DNA from: Eledone cirrhosa
Taxonomy: Eukaryota
Assembly: GCA_964016885.1 (NCBI GenBank)
Contig: OZ024741.1
Location: 287,308,001-287,372,000 of the forward strand
Direction: 5' to 3'
Length of the DNA: 64,000 nt
The notes beneath the pieces were generated by a model. It made no database searches and was not told the DNA's origin. It saw only the letters and a program-made list of their open reading frames with translations. Shown here piece by piece: positions 1 through 12,579 of the stretch (the first letter of the stretch is position 1; each line of letters starts with the position of its first letter). The position numbers and the translations under genes are program-made.

Positions 1-247
1 TAGACAGACGGGGTTTTCTTCCATTTATAACCATTCTCTTTTTTTAATATAAAATTTATAATACAAAATTGAATATTTGAGCGATATAACAGGATATTGT
101 GGATCTGAATTTCCTGAGAGTTAAGCCTGGCGCTTTATGTCCCATTTGTACTAAGAATTGTTATATCACAATTGTTTTAAATATGTTAAAAATCAAAAAC
201 TTACGGGAGCGATTCCATAACACTCTATCCACCACGTGCGTCTTCCC

Positions 248-250
<3 letters not shown>

Positions 251-324
<74 letters not shown>

Positions 325-345
325 GTTGTTGTTGTTGTTATTATT
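251..345. repeat. (TAT)n/(TGT)n microsatellite
   Basis: Directly visible. It explains the poly-Y/poly-N ORFs in the track. Confidence 0.98.
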
Positions 346-634
346 AGTGTCGTTATTATGGGTTGTTTTGTGCAATGGCCATCCTCGATAACGAGGGGGC
401 AGCCATCATTCATGTATCTATGTATGTATGCATGTATGTATTGTGTATGTGTGTATATGTGTATGTATATATGTATGTACATATGTATGTATGTAAGTAT
501 GTATGTATTGTGTATGTGTGTGTATATATATATGTGTGTATATTTATGTTTGTATATATGTATGTATATATATGTATGTGTATGAGTGCATGTATATGTA
601 TTTATGTATGTATTTATGTATGTATGTATGTATG

Positions 635-1148
635 CCAGGTCGTTCTTCAGCGCTATTGGTAACATGTAACCCAGTACAAGCTGTGCATAGTTGGCTCGTC
701 GGCGACTAAACCGGCAACCACACCAAGCTTGCTTAGTGAGGAGGGTGATTTTGGACACCCTGCGGGGTATAAAACAAGACCCGTCAAAGGGCGGCGGAAC
801 TCAGCCATCCAATTTTTTTTTTTTTTTGTGGGGCCAGAGGCTCCTAGTCTTCTTAAAGACATCTCTCTAGGAGAAGGTCACCGCGACTTCTTTTGCATCC
901 AATGATGTAGACCAGTTCTTCTTTTGGGATAAATGTATTCGATGTTCAGAGAGTGAGATTGCCCCCATGCAAAGACTTTCCTCCTTTAAAAAAGCTTCAA
1001 GCTCAGGCATCGTTTGATATATGACGTTTCTTACGATGCATATGGCTGGCCATAGGCAAGTTCCTAGTAGGATTAAAAAGCCAAGTACTTGATGCTGACG
1101 CTTAAGTATCAAGCTACGGCATTACTCGAAATCGAGTTGCCACCATCA
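635..1148 (+). mobile_element. Internally deleted RTE-type non-autonomous element within (TATG)n
   Basis: 635-830 is the reverse complement homolog of 50655-50850. 867-930 (ctaggagaagg...tccaatgatgt) matches 51234-51308, which resembles RTE 5'UTRs. It ends in a CTCG-N4-CGAG hairpin next to (TATG)n, like 375-410, 50058-50090 and 50915-50948. Confidence 0.55.
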
Positions 1149-1284
1149 TGTATGTATTATGTATGCGTGTGTATATATGTATGTATATATCATGTATGTA
1201 TGTGTGTATATATATGTATGTATGTATATTTGTATGTATGTACGCATATGTATATATATATATCTACGTATTACGTATGCATGC

Positions 1285-1315
<31 letters not shown>

Positions 1316-1800
1316 TATATATATATGTGTGTATGTATGTGTACATATATCTATGTTTTATGTTTATATGTATGCGTGTGTGTGTGTATGTATGTATGTT
1401 CATATGTATGGAAGTATATACATATGTATGTGTGTATGTATATATGTTTGTTCTCTTTCTCTTAATTTTGAGTGTGGGGGTAGCGATGGTAGAGGGAGTG
1501 ATATCGATAATATTTGGAATGACCGTGGGTGGGGATGTATCCGTGTTTGATGTAACAGGGTATGTGTATATGTTTGTGTGCATAGTAGGCGAAATCTTGT
1601 GTTGTGTGAACGATAGGCCCACTAGGGTGGATATGTAGATGAGGGTGGGGGAATATGAGGCATATATATATATACATATATTTATTTGATTAGTACCTGC
1701 TACAACTTTGATTCATACCTAATATAATATATATATTTGTGTGTATGTGTGTGTATGTGAGCGTTGTGTGTGTGTATGTGTGTGTTGTGTGTGTATGTAC

Positions 1801-1832
<32 letters not shown>

Positions 1833-1977
1833 ATATATACAATAAATGTAATCTGAGTTTTTCGAATATTAATAATAACATTCGATTCGTTTGCAATTAT
1901 GCAAACAAGCCTCAATTTTATAGCCATGTCAGTAGAATAAACACTTCATTCTTGCTCTTATGTTGGCATGCAAACAG

Positions 1978-2025
1978 AACTGCAGACACTAATGTTTCGG
2001 GGTATCACCCTTCATCAGTACAGCT
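1978..2025 (-). ncRNA. Type I hammerhead ribozyme, family A
   Basis: Reverse complement reads ctgta-CTGATGA-aggg tgata cccc-GAAAC attagt GTC-tgcag. Confidence 0.85.
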
Positions 2026-2163
2026 CACTGTTCACCTGCCAAACTGTCAGAGCTAGTGAAAATATATGTCTGCTAATATGCAAATCTGGCCGATCAGTCA
2101 CTGTGTATTTTTGAAAATAGCATATATTTTCTCTAGCTCTGACAGTTTGGCAGGTGAACAGTC

Positions 2164-2211
2164 AACTGTACTGATGAAGGGTGATACCCAGAAACATTAG
2201 TGTCTGCAGTT
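2164..2211 (+). ncRNA. Type I hammerhead ribozyme, family A
   Basis: aactgta-CTGATGA-a ggg tgata ccc a-GAAAC attagt GTC-tgcagtt: full core, stems I-III, GUC triplet at 2202-2204. Confidence 0.88.
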
Positions 2212-2599
2212 CTGTTCGCATGCCAACATAAGAGCAAGAATGAAGTGTTCATTCTACTGACATGGCTATAAAATTGAGCCTTGTTTGCATAATTGCAAAC
2301 GAATCGAATGTTATTATTAATATTCGAAAAACTCAGATTACATTTATTGTATTCAGCCATGTAGAGCGAAATTTTCTTTCTTTTTTTATTTGAATTTGGC
2401 AAAGCCGGCCATTTATCGCTCGTATACAGGAAACTGACTGGCCAGTCTGCTGATATGCAAATCTGGCTGATCAGTGGATCTGCCAATGTGCAAATCTAAA
2501 TGATCAGCCAGTCCGCAAATCAGGCCGATCAGTGACTGTGTATTTTTGAAAATAGCATATATTTTCACTAGCTCTGACAGTTTGGCAGGTGAACAGTGA

Positions 2600-2646
2600 G
2601 CCTTACTGATGAAGGGTGATACCCAGAAACATTTATGTATGCAGTT
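2600..2646 (+). ncRNA. Hammerhead family A, degenerate stem I
   Basis: CTGATGA 2606-2612, GAAAC 2626-2630, GTA 2637-2639. The 5' arm of stem I is mutated. Confidence 0.6.
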
Positions 2647-2976
2647 CTGTTCGCATGCCAACTCAAGAGCAAGAATGAAGTGTTCATTCTACTGACATGG
2701 CTATAAAATTGAGGCTTGTTTGCATAATTGCAAACGAATTTAATGTTATTATTAATATTCGAAAAACTCAGATTACATTTATTGTATTCAGCCATGTAGA
2801 GCGAAATTTTCTTTTTTATGTATATATATATATATATATATATATGCAAAGGTTCTATTTAAATTGTTGGGATACAACAAGCAAATATTTTTATAACTGA
2901 TATAAAGCACTCGACAAATATTTGGAGTAGATATACGATATTAATAAATGGAAACTATATTTATAAAACCATATTT

Positions 2977-3039
2977 ATTTCATTATATATATTTCAAGGA
3001 TACCAAGTTAAATTATGGTATGCCTTCATCAGACAAAAT
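2977..3039 (-). ncRNA. Type I hammerhead ribozyme, family B
   Basis: Reverse complement of 4667-4729. Confidence 0.75.
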
Positions 3040-3099
3040 ACAATATATAACAGTTTTATAAATAGACATTGACGTACCCTTTTAAAAAGTGACCGTTGC

Positions 3100-3285
3100 T
3101 TTTTTATTAGATTCATTTTATTTTTTTATTAGATTCATTTTTTTTTTTATTTTTTTTTTTTTTATTAGATTTTTTTTTATTCTGATAGCTTCTCATAATA
3201 TTTTTATTAGATTTATTTTTATTCTGATAGCTTCTCATAATTTTTTTATTAGATTTATTTTTATTCTGATAGCTTCTCATAATTT
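3100..3285. repeat. AT-rich ~41-bp tandem repeat (tttttattagatttatttttattctgatagcttctcataat)
   Basis: Three near-complete units plus partial copies. Confidence 0.85.
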
Positions 3286-3817
3286 TCAAAAGTTTGTCCT
3301 TTCAGTATCTTGATTAAAATATACGTAAGATAAATTTCTATACTAAATATATTAAACATATTATTTTAACTTAAAATATTCTATAATATTTTGGGATATT
3401 TTAGTATTTTGATATTTGTAGAATTCGTTTGCCTTTTAAGTTATATTGATATAATTATATTTCCAAAATATAATCCCTTTGTATTTAATATACTCAATTG
3501 TACTACGTTATATATTGATGTATACTTATGTCTATATACGGCTTATGTATCTATATATGTGTATTGACATACATATACATGTGTTATATGCTTTTTTATG
3601 ATTATATGTCTGTCTGTATATATGCATGAGTGACGCGTGTATACCAATTGAAGATGCACACACATATCTATTCATGTATAGCTAAGAATTATGGGTGTGA
3701 ATGTGCAGGCTTACACATGCAGTTTTTGATTGCAGATATGCATAACTTAACAGCCATAAATGCATGAAAGTTAATCCTATATATTTATATATATATACTA
3801 AAAAATGTTAATTAATT

Positions 3818-3992
3818 GTTTCTACTTTAGGCACAAGGCCAGCAATTATCCAGTGCATTACTGGTACTTTATTTTATCGACCCCGTAAGGATGAAAGGCA
3901 AAGTCAACCTCGGCGGGATTTGAACTCAGATCGTAAAGGGACGTAACTATGCTGGAAAGCATGGCGTCCGACCCTCTACCGATACTGCCAAT
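3818..3992 (-). mobile_element. tRNA-derived SINE
   Basis: Reverse strand has an A-box-like TGGCAGTATCGG, B-box GAGTTCAAATCC and the conserved core gactttgcctttcatccttacggggtcgataaaataaagtaccag. About 25 copies in the window. Confidence 0.9.
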
Positions 3993-4666
3993 TAATTAAT
4001 AACACAAGGAATGTATAGCAATAAATAAAAAATCACTTATGCTTTGTATGTATATGTTATATGCGGGAGTAGATATAATGTGTATTTTCCGAGCGTGTGT
4101 GTATATATATATTTATATATCTTTGCCTATATGTATGTGATATACGATAGGTAATTTCTCTAGCAATATATATATTTTATAATGTTTAAATTCCAATTTT
4201 TAATATATTGATCTCAATTTTTAAACTAAATATCTAATCATAATTAAACATAATTTCTCATATTATATATCTATATTCCATTCATGAATATTAATATTTC
4301 TAATTTTATTTATTCATTTCATCTCAATTGTTAACTCAACTTAATATGACATAACTTAAGGTTTTCGTTCTCTCCCCCCTCTCTCTATCTCTATATATCT
4401 CTCTCTTGAGTTTTTTTCTCTGTCTGATGGTTTGATATCTCCCCGTTATTTTCCTCTGTTCTCTATTCTTTTTGCTTTCTTCTTTTTCTTTATCTATCTC
4501 TCCCTTTCTTTTCTCCACGTTTCTCTCTCTCTCTCCATCTTTTTAATTACTCTTAACACTATGACTTACTAAAGTAAACAAACCACTATCCTGATGGCCT
4601 CCAAAAGCAACGGTCACTTTTTAAAAGGGTACGTCAATATCTATTTATAAAACTGTTATATATTGT

Positions 4667-4729
4667 ATTTTGTCTGATGAAGGCATACCATAATTTAACT
4701 TGGTATCCTTGAAATATATATAATGAAAT
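4667..4729 (+). ncRNA. Type I hammerhead ribozyme, family B
   Basis: attttgt-CTGATGA-aggcatacca taatttaact tggtatcctt-GAAA tatata TA-atgaaat, overlapping AATAAA. Stem III is palindromic, as in Penelope-type minimal hammerheads. Confidence 0.78.
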
Positions 4730-4772
4730 AAATATGGTTTTATAAATATAGTTTCCATTTATTAATATCGTG

Positions 4773-4810
<38 letters not shown>

Positions 4811-5054
4811 TGTATATATACATATATAGATATATATACATATATATGTGTGTGTTTGTATGAGAGTGAGTGTGTGTGTGTGTGCGTGCGCGCGTGTGTC
4901 TCTGTGTGTTTGTAAGTAAGATGAATTAATATACATAACAATAGTTTAAAAGATGTTCCTATACTAAATCCGAAATAGAAGTAATTATTGAATGAAAACA
5001 TTTAAAATAATCTAGAATATAAATAGAAACACAATTCAAGTGACGTACAGCGGT

Positions 5055-5342
5055 CTGGGGCATTTCCCAGCCTGGCGGAGCCAATCTCCTCTCCAGGTCT
5101 GAACACTGCTGCTTTCTTTCAGCGAAGGAGAGCGAGAAAGTGATAGAATAGAGAAGAAATGGGAAAGAGATATAGAGGAAGAATCAACTTCAGTACAGGA
5201 CTGGTACTCTTTTTATTGATCTCGAAAAGATAAAGGGCAAAGTTGAGCTCGGCACGATTTGAAATCAGAGCCCAGATAGCCGGAACGAATACAACAAACA
5301 TTTGAACCAACGTTCTAACGCCTCTGCCAAATTACCACCTCC
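5055..5342 (-). mobile_element. SINE subfamily with extended 3' tail
   Basis: SINE head/core at about 5180-5342. Tail (ctccaggtctgaa...) is shared with 8620-8720 and 54840-54930. Confidence 0.7.
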
Positions 5343-6509
5343 TTAAATAATATAATACGACACATAACAAAGCAGAGGGAAATGAAGCAGTTGGAAATGT
5401 AATATTTATCAAATCATCAAACCTATGAGAAAGAATGTGAATAAAACACTAACAACAGCCGAGAATAGCAGCTGCTCATTAACAAAATATTAATTACCGA
5501 TAAACTAAACACGAGAGAAATTCTGAGAATAATTTAATTACTAACAGATTTTCCAAAGTATTCTTCACTTTTGTAGGTCAATAAATGTAATGATGTAATA
5601 AATGATTTCTAATTTTAACAAGACTTTAGTGAGTTGGTCCCAGGGTTACTTACTCCAGTAAGCACCACCGGATCCCAACTACTAAATTTAATAGAAATAA
5701 GATATAGTAGAATTTTTCATACAATTTCTTTTTGTGGGAATTATTTCTCACTACATTTGAAGTAATACCTGAGGCATGAAGAGTTTCTCAAAACGAGTAT
5801 CAGAATAACTTGCGTTTATTGTAGTCTGTGTATTACTAATATGGTAACCAAATGTGCCTCGTGGCATGACAAGGTATAATCCTGAATCATAAGATATGGT
5901 TGAAAAAAGGTTAGCATGCTTGCGCTCGAAGTGATCACTTCAAGGGTTAACCGGCAAAGACAGTAAGTGAGCAAGAGAGGTCGAGTGACGTCAGAACACT
6001 CCCTTATTTACTGGCCACGGGGAAGTAGTTTTTTCTCCCCGGGCAAGGTGGCGCTAGTGCGGGTAAAGCCGTTTAGTTTGACACCAGTAGATAACTAGTA
6101 GATAACTAGTACCCACTTCATCAAACTTTTGTGGTTCAAAGGAAGTGTACTTAGATGAAACTCCGGTACATTTTTTCTCTCGAAGTCATTCTCATAACTT
6201 ATAAACTAATAGAAGCTACAAAATAATAACTTTAAAGAGACAATGGCACGGATTTGGATAATTGGGTTAACAGCGATATACTGAATACCGTACACAGTTA
6301 ACTTTTCAATTCATTAAAATCTGTATGTGTTTCTATATATACATATGTGTGTGTAGTGGTGTAGTCTGGGTGTATATGCACGTACGCGTGTTTTTGAAGC
6401 TACCAGCTTGCTAAAAGCACCTTGTCAGTAAAGTTTTAAACATTCTCCGGGTTTGTATGTGAGTAAATAATTTTCATAATGAAAGGACAGTGGATTGGTA
6501 TTATCGGTA

Positions 6510-6670
6510 GAGGGTCGGACGCCATGCTTTGCAGCATAGAGCTACGGCTCTTTATTATCTGAGCTGGGGTCGGTAAAATAAAGTGCCAGCCACGCACTGG
6601 GGTCGATTTAATCGACTTCCCTTCCCCCCCCCCCAATTACTGGCCTTGTGCCTATATAAGAAACCATTAT
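6510..6670 (+). mobile_element. Internally deleted SINE
   Basis: ggattggtattatcggtagagggtcggacgccatgc head joined to ggggtcggtaaaataaagt...ggccttgtgcc. Confidence 0.8.
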
Positions 6671-6776
6671 AATGACATAATGAAGAAACGAAGTTCTGGA
6701 AATTTAAGTAAATGTTAACCAAAACCACAAACACACACACGCGCATACACACACACAAACACCCACACACCCACAC

Positions 6777-6840
<64 letters not shown>

Positions 6841-6889
6841 GAATAGCTGACTGAATAAACACGTGCTTTTACTCAAAACAATTTTCCCG

Positions 6890-7050
6890 TTCCTTCTGCT
6901 TTTCACTGTCTATCTTTCTATTTCATCTTTTTATTTTCCATGATAACTTCTGATGAAGGACTAGTGTCCGTAACGTAAAGACACTTTTCCTTCTATACCA
7001 AGAAGCATTAAACTAATATATTTTTCATTGTACTGTGCTGTTCGTTTTGT
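6890..7050 (+). mobile_element. Family F short element with degenerate minimal hammerhead
   Basis: ttCTGATGAaggactagtgtccGtAACGT. Homologous to 10600-10750(-), 11455-11640(-), 36530-36680(+) and 47930-48100(+). Confidence 0.6.
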
Positions 7051-7319
7051 TGCGTGAGTTTACACACGCACACACACACACACATATATATATATACTGT
7101 ATATATATATACATGTACATGTATGTGTGCGTGCGCATGTGTGTGTGCGTGTGTGTGTGTCATTTTACCCACACAAAACTTTTTCCCTCGCTGTTTAACG
7201 AAAGTGAGCAGACTGGCCAGCTCGGTTCGAATTTTAATAAAATAAACTTAGTTTTCCATTGAGTGAATGAAGAAATATCCGAAGCCATGTCCGATCTATT
7301 TGACTTGCTTCGTTTCTTA

Positions 7320-7384
<65 letters not shown>

Positions 7385-7436
7385 ACAGACACACACACAC
7401 ACAAAGACACACACACACACACACACACAGACACAG

Positions 7437-7524
<88 letters not shown>

Positions 7525-8092
7525 TATATATATAATCATATATATATATATATATATAAGTATTTATATGGAAATGAGATATGGACTATGAGGATATTAT
7601 ATATGGTCTATTCTTGTATATGAAACACGGACATAAACGAACACTGCCATTTATATATTACTTGGCTTTAAGACGTAGGCATATAGCAATTTGCGGATGG
7701 AAATGAAAACCAATGATGAATATTGAGAATGATAAAATCTAAGAACATTTTATTGTACACTAACAAAGAGAGGATACTAAAATATTTTAATTAATTGGAG
7801 AGACCAGGACCAAGAGACGGAGGGTAAGATAGTTGAAGGTGGGGGATACTTGTTCGGATGTCATACATATACATATATACATATATACATATATATATAT
7901 ATACATATATACATATATACATATATACATATATACTCAACCACTTACACAATCCAAGGAATTACAGAGACTATTAATAAAAGGCTATTTCAATGGGAAG
8001 AACGGAAATATAAATCAAAGAATTAGGTGGGTGGATAATATGAAGAATTTAACAGATTTAAAATGCAGTATATAAGGGTATAAGGGTTGCAA

Positions 8093-8985
8093 GCGGCGAA
8101 TTGGTAGAGTCATTAGAACGTCAGAGAGAATGTTTTGCGATATTCGTTCCGACTCTCTAATTTCAAATCCCGCCGTGGTCAACTTTGCTTTTCAGTCTTT
8201 CGAGGTCGATAAAAAAAGTAACAGTGAAGTACTGGGGTCCATTCTTCTTCTATATATTTTTCTCGTATTTTCTCTCACACTCAGAAGGAGACTTCTCTGG
8301 AAGAAATTTGCTGTATTTAGGCTTGGGGAGGAGATGGGCTTCGCCATATTTAAAAATACTCTGGAAATGCCGTATGTTAATACGATGCCCCTACGACTTC
8401 GGTACGGGACCATGCAAGCATAAGGGCTGCAGAGAAAGACTAAGATGTCTGCCGAAATTTAATTTATGCCAAGCATTCAAAATACAATTTCCAATACTTG
8501 CACATACAAGGTGTATCAAAAATAATCATCCACATGTAGTGGTGGTATGGTCCCGTATCTCCTAATAAAGTTGTAGGGGCGTCGTAGTGGCATACGACGT
8601 TTTAAGTCGGCATTTTAAGTCTGGCGGAGCCCATCCCTCTCCAGGTCTGAATATAGCAGATTTCTTCCAGAGAAAGTTAGGAAGTGAGAGATTGGAAACG
8701 AGAAAGAGATATAGAGGAAGACTCGGCACCAGCACTTGACTGGTACTTTTTTATCCACCTCTGATATAGAGGAAGACTCGGCACCAGCACTTGACTGGTA
8801 CTTTTGTATCGACCTCTGATATAGAGGAAGACTCGGCACCAGCACTTGACTGGTACTTTTGTATCCACCTCTAAAAGATGAAAGGCGAAGTTGACCTTGA
8901 CTGGATTTGAACTCAGAGAGTAGTGTGTCGGAACGAATACCATAAAGCACTTTATCCCACGTTCTAACGACTTTGCCAATTTGCG
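8093..8985. mobile_element. Tail-to-tail inverted pair of long-tailed SINEs
   Basis: 8093-8415 (+) and 8545-8985 (-) are homologous through head, core and tail. Confidence 0.7.
8708..8872. repeat. ~55-bp tandem triplication inside a SINE
   Basis: gatatagaggaagactcggcaccagcacttgactggtactttt... three times. Confidence 0.92.
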
Positions 8986-9284
8986 ACCTCATCAGGTTGT
9001 AGGTTAGCTTTAATAGTTGTGTATACATTAACACGTGTTACACGTGTTTGTAAGTCAACATCTGCAAAATGTATTACATATTATTTCGAATGTTTACTAA
9101 ATCCTACTATTTTCCTCCTCACCCTCATCCGTCAGACAATATTACTGCTAACCCCACCATTTCTCTCTTTCTTCTATTTTCTATTTATGTTTTCAATCCA
9201 CTTTGGGTTTAGCTATCTTTTTTTCTCTCACAAGCACATGTACTTCAAACATACTCACCGTATGTATGTATGTATGTATGTATG

Positions 9285-9344
<60 letters not shown>

Positions 9345-9348
<4 letters not shown>

Positions 9349-9424
9349 CGTCAAGTATGAAATTTATAGAAATTTATAGAAAAAAAAAACCAAATGTCTA
9401 CAAATTTCATACTTGACGACCCAA
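9345..9424. mobile_element. Tiny mariner-like MITE in (TA)n
   Basis: TIRs gggtcgtcaagtatgaaattt / aaatttcatacttgacgaccc, with TA flanks. Confidence 0.65.
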
Positions 9425-9486
9425 TATATGTGTTTATATATATATATACATGTGTCTGTATATATATATATGTGTGTGTGTATATT

Positions 9487-9520
<34 letters not shown>

Positions 9521-9671
9521 AATGTGTGTACAAATAGTGTACTAAATACAACAGCGGAAAACAAGACAAAACTCCATATATATGTAATTATATTCTGAGT
9601 GCCAGTCAAGGGATTCTCAATTAGAATAAAGCTATTATTCACCGAAGGCATTCACATCTTCAATACCCACA

Positions 9672-9705
<34 letters not shown>

Positions 9706-9929
9706 ATATGTATATACATATATGTATATATATATGTGATATGTGTGTGTGAGAGTATTTATGTATATTCGTGTGTAAGGTTGCATACATGTATATATGT
9801 CTGTGTTTCTATAGGTATTTAATTATGTGAACATCTGTATGTACATGTATGTGTGTGTGTGCGCGTGCGCGTGCGTGTGTGTGAATAAATAATGAGAGAG
9901 GGGGTAAGTGAAAGTGAGAGAGAGAATGT

Positions 9930-9963
<34 letters not shown>

Positions 9964-10934
9964 GTAAAAAAAAAGCATGCGAATAACCACGAGAAATGAC
10001 AGTGACTCTGGTAACAACAAATATGGCGGCGATGACGACAATTGCCACCCACCATTATTGAAGTAATTACTGCGAAAAGAAATTGAAGAACAGAGGAAAT
10101 AAATAGATAAACAAATAACCATGTAAATAAATAATATAGTGGATAAATAAATAATTTAAAATAAATAAAACTAATAAAAAAAATAGAGAAACAAAGGGAC
10201 GGATCGACTAAATTAGAACACTTTCATTTTTTTAATGTCTTAATTAGGTTCTCCGAAAATAAACTGAACAATTAACAATTAGTAAACTATACCACAATAG
10301 CATAATTATTCAGAAAACTGATGGGTTGAGAAGATGAAGAAGCAGTGGCCATCTGATTCTCCCGTTGATGGAGAAATGAAGAAAAAACTATTTTAAATTC
10401 AACAATGACACATATGATAATTATTTCTAATTTAAACAGAAGAGAGAAAATTGTGGCGAAGGGAAGGACGATTATACCGTCCCCAGTACTTCACTGGTAC
10501 ATTATCATATTATCTTAACAACACGAGAAGGATGAAAGTCAAAGTAGACCGCAGCAGGATTTGAACATAGAAAGTAGTAACAACGAAAATATGTTTTAGT
10601 TTAACGCTTGATAAAGTCGGAAAAGTGTCTTAACATTTCAGATGTTAGGCCTTCATCAGAAAATAGAATAAGAAATAAAGAAATAGCAAGACAGAGGAGA
10701 GTGAGAAGAAGAAACGGAAAAAGCTTTTGGAGAAAAAGCACGTGAGGGTTGAATAAGCCACACACACACAAACACAGACACGCGCGCGCGCGCACACACA
10801 CTCACACATATAAGTATATATACATGGATGTATATATACATGTATATATATATAATTGGTGTGGGATGCTTAAAGCGTCCGTGTGCGGTAGGCCGTTTGG
10901 GCACTCGATGCTTTTTCAGAGCAGAGTATAATAC

Positions 10935-11229
10935 CACATAAGAAACGGAGAATCAGTGTTGCGATGAATACAATTTATTAGACATATTGCAATCGTTTCT
11001 CTGGCTACCAGCTCGAGGCACGATCGATGCAATGATCGAACCTGACTCTGAAATCGCAAGGTCCTCAGATACGTCTCGATTCTTCGGAGACGTATCTGAG
11101 GACCTTGCGATTTCAGAGTCAGGTTCGATCATTGCATCGATCGTGCCTCGAGCTGGTAGCCAGAGAAACGATTGCAATATGTCTAATAAATTGTATTCAT
11201 CGCACCACTGATTCTCCGTTTCTTATGTG
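10935..11229. repeat. Near-perfect 295-bp palindrome (143-bp arms) with a hammerhead-like motif on each strand
   Basis: One mismatch between arms; loop 11078-11086. Motif gacgtat-CTGAGGA...GAAAC gatt GCA-atatgtc followed by AATAAA (11089-11190). Confidence 0.92.
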
Positions 11230-11232
11230 ATA

Positions 11233-11332
<100 letters not shown>

Positions 11333-11347
11333 CGTGTGTGTGTGTGT

Positions 11348-11434
<87 letters not shown>

Positions 11435-11454
11435 GCGTGTGTGTGTGTGTGTGT

Positions 11455-11640
11455 GTAAAAGGTAAACAGAAATAACAACACAATCGGTACAGTATATGGA
11501 AGGGATATATTAGGCTAACGCTTGATATAGCAGGAAGAGGGTCTTAACGTTTCGAACACAGGTCTTTCATCAGAAGCAAAAATGAGAAATAAGATAGATT
11601 GAGGGGACGGGCGAGTTGGAATTGGAAAATATGTCTTTAG
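11455..11640 (-). mobile_element. Family F element with minimal hammerhead
   Basis: Reverse complement gctt-CTGATGA-aagacctgtgttc-GAAACGTT-aaga (11542-11576). Homologous to 47930-48100. Confidence 0.7.
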
Positions 11641-11744
11641 ATAAAAATAACAGGTCCATTCAATATATATATATATATATATATATATTTCGTTTCTGAA
11701 TTTGTTTAGCAAGATTCTTTATCTGAAAACGTGTGTTGAAACCG

Positions 11745-12185
11745 ATATTGTTATACTTTGGGAGGGTCATGTTGCCAATAAGAAACACACGCACCAGTTG
11801 CTTTCACTTCAATTTATTATAATAAATTTATAAATTTAGGAATTTATAAATTTCCGGTTGGTTAGTTGGTTGGTTGGTTCAACAACCAGATGATTGTTTA
11901 TATATTGTCAAAGTTCTTTCGTCACACATTCTGTGACCTCTTCAGTGACAGAACAAAGGAGAGGCACAAAAACAAAGAAAAGAATCACCAGTCACTGAAG
12001 AGGTCACAGAATGTGTGACGAAAGAACTTTGACAATATATAAACAATCATCTGGTTGTGGAACCAACCAACCAACCGGAAATTTATAAATTCCTAAATTT
12101 ATAAATTTATTATAATAAATTGAAGTGAAAGCAACTGGTGCGTGTTTCTTATTGGCAACATGACCCTCCCAAAGTATAACAATAT
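11745..12185. mobile_element. Fold-back element with ~200-bp inverted arms and divergent hammerheads (family E)
   Basis: Arms 11745-11949 and 11991-12185. gtca-CTGAAGA-g gtcaca gaatg tgtgac-GAAA gaac TT-tgac at 11991-12033(+) and 11907-11949(-). (TA)n nearby on both sides. Confidence 0.88.
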
Positions 12186-12201
12186 ATATATATATATATA
12201 T

Positions 12202-12289
12202 ATGGAGATGCAGGACATGGCAGCGATAATGAGGGACAGAGACCGCTGGAGAGAGCTCGTCCATGGATCTCGGAAATTTTACCCGCCTT

Positions 12290-12290
<1 letters not shown>
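12202..12290 (+). mobile_element. RTE-like LINE 3' terminal fragment within (TA)n
   Basis: Encodes EMQDMAAIMRDRDRWRELVHGSRKFYPP*. Same family as 60381-61150(-). Confidence 0.8.
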
Positions 12291-12348
<58 letters not shown>

Positions 12349-12579
12349 AATAGTTTGTAATTCTTTTGAATTGCATGTATTAATAGGGTATTGCAGCCGC
12401 TGATGAAAGTAATAATCTTTTTATTGTTCATGTCAGGCCTCACCTATAAATTACAAAACACAGAGGATAAAAGGCATCCAATTAAATCCTGTTCTCGTGA
12501 AATCTATTTTTAGTAATCCTTTTCTATACATACCTGCGCCAATGGCCACATTTATCTGAAAACAGTTTTCTCTCTTTCT

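Larger units (their letters stand above)
1838..2815 (+). mobile_element. Hammerhead-containing non-autonomous element: inverted copy plus tandem 435-bp units
   Basis: 1838-2067 is the reverse complement of about 2120-2352. About 2090-2380 repeats at about 2525-2815 (period 435). Flanked by (TA)n/(TG)n. Confidence 0.85.
2846..4771. mobile_element. Family B hammerhead element with inverted terminal arms
   Basis: About 2935-3087 is the reverse complement of about 4618-4771. About 4230-4400 is homologous to about 22440-22620. Bounded by (TA)n. Confidence 0.75.

Noticed and set aside
99-1930. Many ORFs rich in YI/CV/HT repeats here and throughout the window
   Set aside because: They are translations of (TA)n, (TG)n and (TATG)n microsatellites.
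8708-8872. CRISPR-like repeat array (also 3100-3285 and 32415-32510)
   Set aside because: Units are contiguous with no unique spacers, there are no cas genes, and the context is eukaryotic.
10953-11211. Near-identical 74-aa ORFs on both strands
   Set aside because: A consequence of the palindrome.
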